Below, piece after piece: positions 18,810 through 29,283 of a DNA stretch of 64,000 nt. Each line of letters opens with the position of its first letter. Position 1 is the stretch's first letter. Made by a program: the position numbers and the translations under genes. Origin of the DNA: a virus. A model generated the notes under the pieces. It was not told the DNA's origin and did no database searches. It saw only the letters and a program-made list of their open reading frames with translations. Location of the stretch: IMG/VR virus record IMGVR_UViG_3300031951_009873, positions 1-64,000 of that record; one strand, given 5' to 3'.

Positions 18810-19803
18810 TGTAAATAATGAATGGGGACAACTTAAAAAAATAATACTGGGAAGTTCTTTCGGTGCGCAAATTCCTACTACGAAGGATAAAGGACTGCAT
18901 TGTGTAGATTACGCTCATTATACTGATGAAGAGTTTTCTACAATACCAACTGGTTCATATCCATTACAAGTCTTAGAAGAAACACAACAAGACTTAATGC
19001 AGATAGAACAAATTTTAACTGGATTGGGAGTCGAGGTATATCGTCCACCCTCTATTCCGAAAAATAGACCATTTAATGACTCGTATTATGATTATTGTCC
19101 ACGGGATTCTATGTTGGTAATTAAAGATAAAGTTATAGCTACTCCTATGACATTACGTCAACGAAGAGATGAAGCGGACAAATACAGACAACTATTTACG
19201 CCGGAAAGTTGGGTAACCTTTCCAAAACCAGTTGCAGATGATAGCTTATATGACCGTAGTGATTTGTCGAGAAGTACGTTGATGAATACTGAGCCCGTAT
19301 TTGATGCAGCAAACGTACTTAAAGCAAACTATGATTTATTATACTTGGTATCAAATACTGGAAACAAGGCTGGAGCTGAATATTTACAAAATTGGTTACA
19401 CGACAACATATCAGAACACTATAGAGTACATCTTGCAGAGAATATATACGCATATATTCATATAGACACCACGTTTGTTTTCTTACGAGAGGGGTTGGTA
19501 TTGACAAACCCAGCTAGAGTTAATGTAAACAACATGCCAGATTTTCTAAGAAGATGGGATGTATTAAATGCATCGGAACCATATCCGACTCAAGTTATGT
19601 CAGATTGGTGTCCGGCGTCACCGTGGTTAGGTATGAATATTTTGTCTATTAATGAAAAACTGGTTATGGTAGAAGAACACCAGATTATGTTAATGAAAAT
19701 GTTAAAAAAGTTTGGAATTGAGTCAATACCAGTTAAATTACGCCACGCAAGAACATTAAGCGGCGGTCCTCACTGTATTACATTGGATATTGAAAGAGAG
19801 TAA
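18796..19803 (+). CDS. Amidinotransferase (glycine/inosamine-phosphate amidinotransferase family)
   Basis: NEWGQL, YCPRD, FDAAN, HIDTT and GGPHCITLD (catalytic Asp/His/Cys). Confidence 0.9.
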   Translation: MLTPNVNNEWGQLKKIILGSSFGAQIPTTKDKGLHCVDYAHYTDEEFSTIPTGSYPLQVLEETQQDLMQIEQILTGLGVEVYRPPSIPKNRPFNDSYYDYCPRDSMLVIKDKVIATPMTLRQRRDEADKYRQLFTPESWVTFPKPVADDSLYDRSDLSRSTLMNTEPVFDAANVLKANYDLLYLVSNTGNKAGAEYLQNWLHDNISEHYRVHLAENIYAYIHIDTTFVFLREGLVLTNPARVNVNNMPDFLRRWDVLNASEPYPTQVMSDWCPASPWLGMNILSINEKLVMVEEHQIMLMKMLKKFGIESIPVKLRHARTLSGGPHCITLDIERE

Positions 19804-19807
19804 CCCC

Positions 19808-19836
19808 TTGACATATTTACAAAAAAGTATTATAAT
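19808..19836 (+). promoter_or_regulatory. Perfect sigma70 consensus promoter
   Basis: TTGACA-N17-TATAAT followed by AAGGAGG RBS before ATG 19865. Confidence 0.85.
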
Positions 19837-19864
19837 TAATTAACCTTTAAGGAGGGTAAGTGTT

Positions 19865-20647
19865 ATGAAAGAATGGAAGTATATAACGACAGAAGAACAA
19901 CAGCAAATGTTATTCGCATGGCGGTACATTGGTTTCGTTAATTTGGAACTTTTGACCGAAGAAGAAGTAGACGAAATAAACGAAGAAATGGATACACTTC
20001 GCCGTGCAAGAACAGGAACTACTTCACCCGATGGAAAGGTTTGGGGAGAATGGGATCCATTCTCATATCCACACAAGTTATCTCCTAAATTAGCAAAGTT
20101 GTATTCACACCCAAAGATTCTTGAAGCATCAGAATTCTTAATGGGAACAGAAATCATCGGTATGCAAAGTTGGGGATATTTCAAGCCACCCGGACAGCTC
20201 GGACGGGATATGCATCAAAACGCATTCTATACTAAGTGTGGCCCAAATGAAATCATCAATGTGGCTATTGCACTAGATAACCATGACCCTGTGAATGGTG
20301 CGGTATGGAATTACGAAGGTTCGCATCTTCTCCCAGTACTTCCAATCGAAGTTGATGAAGAACGGACAAAGACCAATCCAGCATTCTGGCACAATGAACG
20401 CGGTAAGCCTTGTGTAATGCCAGAAGGACATGGGTTCCGAAAGATTGAAGGTTTCCAACGAAAGGGAACGATGACTCTTCTTCACTCCCACGTTGTCCAT
20501 GGCTCTGAACCAAATGTATCAAATAGAATGCGCCGTAACTTCATCGGCGGTTATTTGAAGAAGGGAGCACCTTTCGCTTCTGGAAATCAAATGAAGCGTG
20601 AACCAATCGATATGTACGCAATGCGAAGGGAGCATTGGGGGTTCTAA
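19865..20647 (+). CDS. Phytanoyl-CoA dioxygenase (PhyH) family Fe/2OG enzyme, atypical HQN motif
   Basis: FKPPG...HQN, IALD, NGA, GSH, VHGS..N.S.RMRR. Confidence 0.8.
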   Translation: MKEWKYITTEEQQQMLFAWRYIGFVNLELLTEEEVDEINEEMDTLRRARTGTTSPDGKVWGEWDPFSYPHKLSPKLAKLYSHPKILEASEFLMGTEIIGMQSWGYFKPPGQLGRDMHQNAFYTKCGPNEIINVAIALDNHDPVNGAVWNYEGSHLLPVLPIEVDEERTKTNPAFWHNERGKPCVMPEGHGFRKIEGFQRKGTMTLLHSHVVHGSEPNVSNRMRRNFIGGYLKKGAPFASGNQMKREPIDMYAMRREHWGF

Positions 20648-20648
20648 A

Positions 20649-21617
20649 GTGAAAGTATTATTAACTGGTGGTGCTGGTTATTTAGGTTCTATAATCACCA
20701 ACAAGCTACTTAATGACGGATACGCGGTGACTGTGTTAGACTCTTTGGAGTTTAACCAGCTATCGCTGCTTCCGTATGTCAAAAATAAAAACTTTACTTT
20801 TATTTACGGTGATGCTAGAAATAAAACCATCCTTAAAAAATTAATAGAATCACACGATGTAATCATCCCGCTAGCAGCAAGAGTAGGATTTCCAGCGTGC
20901 GATGCTGACCCTCTTACCGCAACGCAACTGAATTACGAACAAATCGTTGATGTGGTTAAGTTTGCAGATGGTAAAGCTAAGATACTATTCCCAAATACTA
21001 ATAGTGGATATGGAGTGGCAGAGGGTGGACAGGTTTGTAAAGAAACTAGTCCACTCAATCCTATTTCTCACTATGGAGTAACTAAGGTAAACGCAGAACG
21101 ATTCTTATTACAGAATAGTGATGCTATATGCTTTAGACTCGCTACTGTATTTGGTCCATCCCCACGAATGAGAACCGATTTGCTGGTGAATGAATTCGTG
21201 TATAAAGCCATAACTGACAAATATATTGTATTGTTTGAACCACACTTCAAGAGAAATTACATTCATATTGAAGATGTGGCAAATGTATTTTCATTTATGT
21301 TAGCAAATTATGACACACATAAGAACGAAGTATTCAATGTAGGATTATCTGATGCTAACTTGTCAAAGTTGGAATTAGTTAATCTGATTAAAAAATATGT
21401 TCCAGATTTTGCTATAAGTGTTTCTGATTATTACGAAGACCCAGACAAGCGGGATTACATCGTATCTAACGAAAAGATTGAAGCAACCGGATGGCGTCCA
21501 CAATATAGTATTGATGATGGTATCGTGGAACTTATTAACACATATAGAATGATTGTTCCTAGAATGTCATCTGAATTTAGAAACGGATTTCCATTGGGAT
21601 ACGCAAACAATCTCTAA
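20649..21617 (+). CDS. NAD-dependent nucleotide-sugar epimerase/dehydratase (extended SDR)
   Basis: GTG start; TGGAGYLGS, YGVTK (YxxxK), FRLATVFG.SPRMR.DL. Confidence 0.9.
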   Translation: MKVLLTGGAGYLGSIITNKLLNDGYAVTVLDSLEFNQLSLLPYVKNKNFTFIYGDARNKTILKKLIESHDVIIPLAARVGFPACDADPLTATQLNYEQIVDVVKFADGKAKILFPNTNSGYGVAEGGQVCKETSPLNPISHYGVTKVNAERFLLQNSDAICFRLATVFGPSPRMRTDLLVNEFVYKAITDKYIVLFEPHFKRNYIHIEDVANVFSFMLANYDTHKNEVFNVGLSDANLSKLELVNLIKKYVPDFAISVSDYYEDPDKRDYIVSNEKIEATGWRPQYSIDDGIVELINTYRMIVPRMSSEFRNGFPLGYANNL

Positions 21618-21618
21618 T

Positions 21619-22170
21619 ATGAACTATAAATATACTCGCTGGAATGACTTTGAGGTTCGTCCATCAAAAGTATTTGGTGACGAAGTTCCTATGTTTTCTC
21701 CTACATCATATCAAGAATTTCGCGGGGAAATCTGGACCAGCTATCATTCTAAGTTCCATCCGATGAAGGATTATATTAGTTATATGACCGACCCCGTAAT
21801 ACACGATAGACATTCTCGGTCGTATAAAGGTGTATTGCGGGGACTACATTATGACCATAAAACTTGGAAAATGGTTCAGGCGCTAGTAGGTGACATTTAT
21901 TTAGTGGTACTGGATGTTCGGGAAGATTCATTTACCTACGGAAAATGGGAATCATATATAATCTCAGAAGCCAATAAAATGCAAGTACTTGTCCCACCTG
22001 GGTTCGCTAATGGCCATTATGCATTAACTGACTGTATATTTAGTTATAATTTATTTTATGACGGTGATTTTGTTGACGTAGATAAACAATTAGTTATCAA
22101 ATGGAATGACCCCAAGTTTGGTATGGAATGGCCAACCTCTACCCCAATATTACAAAAACGTGATTCATAA
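21619..22170 (+). CDS. rmlC: dTDP-4-dehydrorhamnose 3,5-epimerase family
   Basis: S.KGVLRGLHY, VLDVR..S.TYGKW, VPPGFANGH, I.WNDP..G.EWP. Confidence 0.85.
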   Translation: MNYKYTRWNDFEVRPSKVFGDEVPMFSPTSYQEFRGEIWTSYHSKFHPMKDYISYMTDPVIHDRHSRSYKGVLRGLHYDHKTWKMVQALVGDIYLVVLDVREDSFTYGKWESYIISEANKMQVLVPPGFANGHYALTDCIFSYNLFYDGDFVDVDKQLVIKWNDPKFGMEWPTSTPILQKRDS

Positions 22171-22880
22171 TGAAAAGGTACAATCATGTATTATCTTTCG
22201 GATGTAGTTTTACCGAAGGTGGTGGGCTGGACTCACCAGAACATTATAGATATGTAAAAGGTAATTGTAATATAGGAAAAAGTACACTAAAAACATATAT
22301 GTCGGACCACGCATATCCAGCGGTTTTAGCAAAACAATTAAAATGCGTTCACACAAATAAAAGTATTTCTCGTGCATCAAATGAATTAATTTTCAAAACT
22401 TTGTATGAAAATACAAAAAATATTTTTGATGGAACTGGATTATTAGTAACAATACAAACAACTATATTATCTAGATTACTATTATACCTTGAAGATAATA
22501 AGCAATTTCAGACGGTTAATGGATTGTATGGTCCCGATTATATTCAACAATACTATGAACTATACATAAAACATTTTTATAACGCAAAAATTGAATACGC
22601 AAAATTATTACAAAATATAGATGTGTACAGTCAGTATTTAAAAAATAAAAATATAGATTTTGTTTGGTTGTTAGGGGACACAGACGGAGAACCAGTGGTA
22701 GCAAACAAATATACGATACCATTTGAACATGAAAGTTTACTGTCATTTATCAGTAGTAATAAATTAAGAATATGCGATTTACCTAATAACCCGTTCGTTG
22801 ATTATCATATTTCTGAACGTGGCCACGAAGTAGTTTCAGAAAAAATAATAAAGCATTTAGAGGAATATTATGGTTACTAA
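22170..22880 (+). CDS. SGNH/GDSL-like protein
   Basis: FGCSFTEG block I, ASNE, C-terminal DYH.S..GH. Confidence 0.55.
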   Translation: MKRYNHVLSFGCSFTEGGGLDSPEHYRYVKGNCNIGKSTLKTYMSDHAYPAVLAKQLKCVHTNKSISRASNELIFKTLYENTKNIFDGTGLLVTIQTTILSRLLLYLEDNKQFQTVNGLYGPDYIQQYYELYIKHFYNAKIEYAKLLQNIDVYSQYLKNKNIDFVWLLGDTDGEPVVANKYTIPFEHESLLSFISSNKLRICDLPNNPFVDYHISERGHEVVSEKIIKHLEEYYGY

Positions 22881-23502
22881 TTTAGAAAAATATCCAGTAG
22901 TCAGAGACATTTTACATACAACCGACGATTTAATTTTATTTGAAGATAAAATTGTACAGCATTGGGAAGATGGTAAGATTCGTGGTCCTGTTCATCTTTC
23001 GAATGGAAACGAAAGTCAGCTTATAGATATTTTCAAACGTATTAAAACAACTGATTGGGTATTCTCAACATGGCGTTCACACTATCATGCCCTACTCAAA
23101 GGAATCTCACCAGAGTGGATTGAATCGGAAATTCTTCAAGGTAAATCAATTACGCTATGTAATATAGATGAAAAGTTTTATTCTTCTGCCATAGTCGGAG
23201 GAACTCTTTCTATCGCTCTAGGTGTAGCCACGGCTATCAAGCGTGACGGCGGGAATGACAAGGTGTGGTGCTTTATTGGTGATATGTCGTTTGAAAGTGG
23301 TATATTCTATGAAGTTCATAAGTACGCCAGAAACTTTGGATTACCATTATATTTTATTGTAGAAGATAATCATGTTTCTACTAATACACCAACAGAAGCC
23401 ACTTGGAATTATACCCTACGGGATATTCCAGAGGATGTTATTTATTATAATTACAAGTCAAAATATCCTCATTACGGCACTGGAAAATGGGTAGTGTTTT
23501 GA
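22870..23502 (+). CDS. ThDP-dependent dehydrogenase E1 alpha-like subunit (short)
   Basis: GPVHLS.G.E, WRSHYH, SAIVGG, GDMS...VEDN ThDP-binding motif. Confidence 0.85.
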   Translation: MVTNLEKYPVVRDILHTTDDLILFEDKIVQHWEDGKIRGPVHLSNGNESQLIDIFKRIKTTDWVFSTWRSHYHALLKGISPEWIESEILQGKSITLCNIDEKFYSSAIVGGTLSIALGVATAIKRDGGNDKVWCFIGDMSFESGIFYEVHKYARNFGLPLYFIVEDNHVSTNTPTEATWNYTLRDIPEDVIYYNYKSKYPHYGTGKWVVF

Positions 23503-23506
23503 GTTT

Positions 23507-24706
23507 ATGCGGTATAATTCTGAACAGCACAACTTTAAAAAATTTATAAAAGAGTGGGATACTGACTCCGAATATGTTTTATTTGGGGCAAGTAAAGAGT
23601 GCGTTCAGTTTATCAGAAGTTTGGATTTGTTGATGGGAGAAGGAACGCTAAAGATAAAGTATATAGTTGACCATAATCTTAAGAGTTCTACGACAGTTGA
23701 CAGTATACAAGAAATAAGTTCATTCTATCGGCAGTCCAAGAAAATAGATAACAAACGTAATAACTTAAGATTAGTTCATATAGATGACTTTAATGATTCC
23801 GAAGCAAAGGTCATTATTACAACTGACGAATTTAGAAACGAGTATAAAAAGTACTTAGGAGAAAGAAACATAAAATTTACTTGGTACAAAAATATAGCAG
23901 CTATTTGGCCGTTCGAACATAAAAACAAAGTCCACATATTTCAGACAGACATATTGGTTACGGAACGCTGTAACTTGAATTGTTCTCACTGTAATATGTT
24001 TATACCGCATTATGAAACCCCCACACATAGAGATGCGGATATTATGATAAATGATATTGATTTGTTATTTACTAAGGCAGATTATGTAAGTATACTTCAT
24101 CTGGTCGGAGGAGAACCGTTTTTATATCCTAACATAGATGCTGTGATTAAGCATATAGTGTACAATTATATCAATAGAATAGATAAGTTTATTATCACTA
24201 CCAACGGCACGGTCACTCCAAAAGATACCACTATGCAATTATTACGAAATAGTGATGTAATATTGAGTGTCAGCGACTATTCCAATAAACTAGAAAAACT
24301 TAAGACCAAAGTAACCAAAAACATAGAGAATTACCAGAACAATAATATCACACATTATGTTCGAAATAATATAGAGTGGTATGATTTTGGTGATTTACGA
24401 GTAAAGAAAAACCTACCAGAAGATGAGTTAATACAACACTTTGATAGCTGTACAGCTCCGTTCCGTGGACTAAATGAAGGTAAATTCTACTATTGTCACT
24501 TGAACACCAGCGCGGTATTAACTAAATTGTTCCCACAAAACAACAATGATTATGTAGACTTAAAGTCGGTATCTCGGGAAGATTTTCTAAAATTTGATTT
24601 GGGATATACAAATTTGGGATACATTACATTCTGTGATAACTGTAATGGATGTAATACTGGAATAAAAATACCAGTTAGCTATGAAAAACAAGGGGTACGT
24701 CAATGA
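23507..24706 (+). CDS. Radical SAM enzyme with N-terminal Rossmann-like domain
   Basis: CNLNCSHC, VGGEPFL, ITTNGT; C-terminal CDNCNGC. Confidence 0.85.
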   Translation: MRYNSEQHNFKKFIKEWDTDSEYVLFGASKECVQFIRSLDLLMGEGTLKIKYIVDHNLKSSTTVDSIQEISSFYRQSKKIDNKRNNLRLVHIDDFNDSEAKVIITTDEFRNEYKKYLGERNIKFTWYKNIAAIWPFEHKNKVHIFQTDILVTERCNLNCSHCNMFIPHYETPTHRDADIMINDIDLLFTKADYVSILHLVGGEPFLYPNIDAVIKHIVYNYINRIDKFIITTNGTVTPKDTTMQLLRNSDVILSVSDYSNKLEKLKTKVTKNIENYQNNNITHYVRNNIEWYDFGDLRVKKNLPEDELIQHFDSCTAPFRGLNEGKFYYCHLNTSAVLTKLFPQNNNDYVDLKSVSREDFLKFDLGYTNLGYITFCDNCNGCNTGIKIPVSYEKQGVRQ

Positions 24707-25176
24707 TTGTTATAGTTGATATTGACGGTACGGTTGGTACCCATAAGAAAAGAACTGAGCTAGCGACAGATAGTAATGGAGTATTTGATTGGGATATTTT
24801 CTATGCTCACGAAAATGTTATGTCTGATGAACCTATTTGGCAAACCATTTACAATGTTCGCCGGTATAAAAGTCAAAATTTTAAGATAGTAATGTTTACC
24901 GCTAGACCTGAATTTGTAAGGCGTTCTACTGAGGAATGGTTAAACTTGTATGATATACCATTCGATGAGTTACACATGCGGAGCGCTGAAGACCATAAGA
25001 TACCCGCGGTAGAATTAAAAAAGAAAATGTATGAAGCGTTTATTGATGATAGGGTGTTTTGTGCGTTTGATGACAGAGATGAAATAATAGAACTGTGGTC
25101 ATCATATGGGATACCAACATTTAAAGTAGATTATGAAATCGATAGATTACCAAACAAAATTATTACTGAGAAGTAA
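24703..25176 (+). CDS. HAD-superfamily phosphatase (polynucleotide kinase 3'-phosphatase-like)
   Basis: VDIDGT, FTARP, LHMR..D, AFDDR. Confidence 0.8.
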   Translation: MIVIVDIDGTVGTHKKRTELATDSNGVFDWDIFYAHENVMSDEPIWQTIYNVRRYKSQNFKIVMFTARPEFVRRSTEEWLNLYDIPFDELHMRSAEDHKIPAVELKKKMYEAFIDDRVFCAFDDRDEIIELWSSYGIPTFKVDYEIDRLPNKIITEK

Positions 25177-26134
25177 AGATTTGCGAAGCCCCAAATCATT
25201 TGAAGATTTGGGGTACATATATTTTGGACCTTTATTGTTTAATTTTTTTGTTTGGCTGAAACGTGAAGTAAATGGTTGCGATAAAATTTTGTTTAATTCC
25301 AGAGAAGGATTTTTTCTTGAACAAATGTATAAAATGTTTCAAGAAAAATACCAACTGCCAGAGTCAGTTTACTTTAAAACTTCAAGAAAACTTTCCTCTA
25401 TGGCAGCATGTTTTACTAGAGAAGATATATACAAAACATTTGAATTACATAGATATTCTGGTCATCTATCCAATTTATTGAGAGATAGGTTTGGAATCTG
25501 TCCTAAAGTTGAACATGATTATGTATTAGATACACACATTACTACTCCTTTTTTAGACAATTATATAGATGAAATTTTGGATAAGGCTAAATACTTACGT
25601 AATGAATACAGTACATACATTAGTAGTATAGTAGCTAATTCTAAAGACATTGTAATGGTTGACAGTGGATATCAAGGAACCACACAATACTATATTCAAA
25701 AGGCATATGGGTTGACATTTAAAGGTAGATATTTTACTTTTAAAGGTAACGAATATTTGAAAAATGTGTCTGGATTCTATGATTTTAAAACAACTATGTT
25801 GCCAAAAAATATTATATTTTTTGAATCAGTTTTTATAGATAATGTCGGTTCTTATATAGACATAGTAAACGGTCAATTTGTAAATGAAAAACTTGAGGAA
25901 CAAGTTCAATTCTTTGAAGAGAAAAAAGAAATAGTTCTAGGAGCACAACGGTTTATAAAAGATATGTTAGAGAATAACATAGATATTGAGTATAACTCAG
26001 CCACATACTCAGACTATCTGTTTAGTCTTATGTGTACGAAAGATTTTATCAAAAACGTAGAGTTGATGGACATTTTTTATCACGATAACTATTATACTAG
26101 AGATAGTATTAAAAAAGTAATTGCAAAGGACTAA
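25133..26134 (+). CDS. HAD-associated domain protein of capsule/LPS loci
   Basis: GY..FGP, F.SREG..L, SRK and VDSGYQGTTQ motifs seen in C-terminal halves of polysaccharide-locus HAD proteins. Confidence 0.5.
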   Translation: MKSIDYQTKLLLRSKDLRSPKSFEDLGYIYFGPLLFNFFVWLKREVNGCDKILFNSREGFFLEQMYKMFQEKYQLPESVYFKTSRKLSSMAACFTREDIYKTFELHRYSGHLSNLLRDRFGICPKVEHDYVLDTHITTPFLDNYIDEILDKAKYLRNEYSTYISSIVANSKDIVMVDSGYQGTTQYYIQKAYGLTFKGRYFTFKGNEYLKNVSGFYDFKTTMLPKNIIFFESVFIDNVGSYIDIVNGQFVNEKLEEQVQFFEEKKEIVLGAQRFIKDMLENNIDIEYNSATYSDYLFSLMCTKDFIKNVELMDIFYHDNYYTRDSIKKVIAKD

Positions 26135-26135
26135 T

Positions 26136-27323
26136 ATGAATACGTCTTTAAATTTTATATTCCTCAATGACACGTTGACAGCAAATGGAGATGGGTTATT
26201 CGGCACATCTGGACCATTTTTTAATTATATACAAAAGGAAAACTTTCAGTATAGCCTCAGTGGGACAATTAAAGATGGGTGTAAAAATATACTACCGATT
26301 GAAATTTCCAAAGGCGGTATGGGAATTAAAGAAATACCTAACGAAATTTTTGATTTTGTCAATACCAATGACATAAAGTTATTAATAATAAACTTAGCGG
26401 ACCCGACTGCTAAGAATCAATATATACAGTGCCTAAATTATCTAAAGGATAGGCATTTGGATTTTGATAAATTAATTTATGTAGATAGTAATTTACAATT
26501 ATCAAAGCTTAAAACAAATTTTACCAATAAAATTTATACGTTTAATTATTTTATAGAAGAGGCAACGTGGACAAAGGATGGGTTTTATGACACCAATAAT
26601 GATCTCGGGTATGTCAGTAAACATATAGAAGTAAGTGAATTAGACAACTTCAGAAGTAAAAAGTTTTTATGTTTTAATAGAAATATAGATAGAGCACATA
26701 GATTTGTTTTGTTATATGAATACATAAAAGGTGTATTTCATAACTCATACTTTAGTTTTCTCAGGCCTATAGATTATTTTAAAGAAAATCAACACTTCAT
26801 TGAAAATTATAATCAAACCATTTTAACAGAAGAAGATATAGATTTTTATAACCAAAAGCTTCCAATTGAATTGGATACACAAAATACAGAAAAAAAGCAT
26901 GGATTTTCAGTTACAAATACTTTGAAAAAAGATTTATTTTTAGATAGTTGTATTCATCTTGTTACGGAAACCAAATATATAGATAATGAACTGTTTTTAT
27001 CGGAAAAGATACTGAAACCAATATTAGGGTATCAGCCGTTTATTGTATTCGGACCTCATGGATATTTAAAAGAGCTAAAAAAATACGGATTTAAAACTTT
27101 TTCTGATATTTGGGATGAATCATACGATGACATAAAAGACCCAGTTGAGAGAATGAAATCTCTAATTTCTCTAGTAAAACAACTAAATAATAAGAGTATA
27201 GAAGAGTTGAATGATATTTATAGAAGTACGAAAGAAATCTGCATACACAACAGAGATTTGTTTTATAGTTTAGAGTTAGATACATTAAAAGTTATTTTTG
27301 AGGAAATACAAAATGAATGGTAA
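26136..27323 (+). CDS. GT10-like protein, paralog 3
   Basis: FLCFNRN.DR.HR; LVTET..LSEKILKPI..QPFIVFG..YGFKTFS..WDESYD. Confidence 0.5.
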   Translation: MNTSLNFIFLNDTLTANGDGLFGTSGPFFNYIQKENFQYSLSGTIKDGCKNILPIEISKGGMGIKEIPNEIFDFVNTNDIKLLIINLADPTAKNQYIQCLNYLKDRHLDFDKLIYVDSNLQLSKLKTNFTNKIYTFNYFIEEATWTKDGFYDTNNDLGYVSKHIEVSELDNFRSKKFLCFNRNIDRAHRFVLLYEYIKGVFHNSYFSFLRPIDYFKENQHFIENYNQTILTEEDIDFYNQKLPIELDTQNTEKKHGFSVTNTLKKDLFLDSCIHLVTETKYIDNELFLSEKILKPILGYQPFIVFGPHGYLKELKKYGFKTFSDIWDESYDDIKDPVERMKSLISLVKQLNNKSIEELNDIYRSTKEICIHNRDLFYSLELDTLKVIFEEIQNEW

Positions 27324-28296
27324 AAGGGTTCTGATTACAGGCGCCAACGGTTTAGTTGGTAACTACATGATTGCAAAATGTATAAACCGTGGGGCATTAG
27401 TTACCGCAGTAGATATTGTAGAACCAACTAATCAAATTAAACAATATAAAGAAAATTATTGGTATAAAGATAATTATAATTTCATCCAAGCCGATTTACG
27501 TGAATTTAGTCAATGTAAAGAAGTCGTAAAAGGTCAAGATATAATATTTCATATAGCCGGAGTAAAGGGTTCCCCCAAGAGAGCGATGGAACAACCCGCA
27601 GATTACTTCGTCCCAATGTTACAATTTAATACCAATATGATGGAAGCCGCTCGACTCGAAGATGTCGAGTGGTACGTTTTTACGTCTACCGTAGGCGTAT
27701 ACCAACCCGCAGAAGTATTCATTGAAGATGATGTGTGGAAGACCTTCCCATCAGAAAAAGATAAGTATGCTGGTTGGGCTAAACGTCTTGGGGAACTTCA
27801 AGCCGAAGTATACCAAGTATCCTATAATTGGAACAAAGCATCTATTGTCAGACCCGCCAACATTTATGGCAGACACGATAATTTTGGTCTAGAATCTACC
27901 GTTATCGCTTCATTAATTAAGAGATTGTTTGGCGAAAAGGAACACCCATTAGTATGTTGGGGTGATGGTTCGCCTATTCGTGATTTCATTTATGCAGGTG
28001 ACGTAGCTGATGGTATCATCCAAGCATACGAACAACGTATCACACAACCAATCAATTTGGGTAGTGGAACTGGAGTGACGATTAAGGAACTTGCAGAAAC
28101 TTTAGTGGAAATATATGAAGAAATGTACGGTGTTAAGGTTGCAATCGAATGGGATCCTACAAAACCAAATGGTGATGCCAAGAGATTGATGAGTACTGAA
28201 CGAGCAGAATCGTTTGGTATTAAACAAAAAGTATCATTAAAAGAAGGATTGAAAGAAACTATAGATTACTATCTAACACATTTTAAAGGGAAGTAA
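27313..28296 (+). CDS. GDP-fucose synthase/GDP-mannose epimerase-like extended SDR
   Basis: TGANGLVG, RPANIYG.HDNF, WGDGSPIRDFIY, INLGSG. Confidence 0.8.
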   Translation: MNGKRVLITGANGLVGNYMIAKCINRGALVTAVDIVEPTNQIKQYKENYWYKDNYNFIQADLREFSQCKEVVKGQDIIFHIAGVKGSPKRAMEQPADYFVPMLQFNTNMMEAARLEDVEWYVFTSTVGVYQPAEVFIEDDVWKTFPSEKDKYAGWAKRLGELQAEVYQVSYNWNKASIVRPANIYGRHDNFGLESTVIASLIKRLFGEKEHPLVCWGDGSPIRDFIYAGDVADGIIQAYEQRITQPINLGSGTGVTIKELAETLVEIYEEMYGVKVAIEWDPTKPNGDAKRLMSTERAESFGIKQKVSLKEGLKETIDYYLTHFKGK

Positions 28297-28299
28297 GTT

Positions 28300-29283
28300 A
28301 TGAATAAGACAGATAAGATTTTAGTTACTGGAGCTAGTGGATTTATTGGTTCACGTTTATTGAAGATGTTACATGAAACCGGGTATACTAATTTACGTGC
28401 TACATCTTGGAATAGAGAATTACGTGATACTTTATCAGATATAGAACATATTAAGGGTAACTTACAAGATGCAGACTTTTGTGAAGTAGTATCAAAAGAC
28501 GTTGACGTAGTATTTCATTGTGCAGCTAATACGTCGAACGCTCTTGATACCAAGTTCAATCCTCTTCTTCACGTTACTCCAAACGTTGAAATGAATGTGA
28601 ACCTTATGGAACAGAGTTGGAAGAATAAGGTTCGTAAGTTTATTTTCATCTCATCAAATACCACGTATCCAGATATGGGTGACATTCCTTGCAAAGAAGA
28701 TACAAACGTTCAAACCCCAGACATCGTTCCAGTCTATAAAGCGGTAGGTTGGATGAAACGTTATTGTGAGACTTTGTGTGATTTCTTTTCTAATCAAATC
28801 CACAATCCTATGCAATGTGTAATTATCAGACCTTCAAACGCATACGGTCCTAATGACAAGTATGATTATGAAAAGTGTCACGTAACACCAGCTAATATCC
28901 GTAAGGTAGCAGATGGACTCAACCCAATTCCAGTTTGGGGTGACGGTACAGAAGTCCGTGACGTAATTCACGTTGATGATATGGTCAGTGGATTTATTAC
29001 CGTGGCTGAAAAAGTAGACACCTATGACATTTATAACGTGTCGTATGGAGAGGGATATACTGTTATAGAAGTTTTGAATGCCATCAAGGAAATTGAAGGT
29101 AACACAAATCCAGTCAACTTTGTAAACAACAAGGCACCAATGATTCCAGTTCGATTACTTGATAACACCAAGTTAAAGAGCTTGGGATGGTCACCCAAGT
29201 ATGACTTACGTAGTGGCTTGGCAGATGCATTGCGGTGGTACAAGGAAAACAAGCACCAATTCAACCCAAATTCACAGCCATGA
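28300..29283 (+). CDS. GDP-fucose synthase-like extended SDR
   Basis: TGASGFIGS, RPSNAYGPND, H(VT)PA.IRK, WGDGTEVRD.IHVDD. Confidence 0.8.
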   Translation: MNKTDKILVTGASGFIGSRLLKMLHETGYTNLRATSWNRELRDTLSDIEHIKGNLQDADFCEVVSKDVDVVFHCAANTSNALDTKFNPLLHVTPNVEMNVNLMEQSWKNKVRKFIFISSNTTYPDMGDIPCKEDTNVQTPDIVPVYKAVGWMKRYCETLCDFFSNQIHNPMQCVIIRPSNAYGPNDKYDYEKCHVTPANIRKVADGLNPIPVWGDGTEVRDVIHVDDMVSGFITVAEKVDTYDIYNVSYGEGYTVIEVLNAIKEIEGNTNPVNFVNNKAPMIPVRLLDNTKLKSLGWSPKYDLRSGLADALRWYKENKHQFNPNSQP

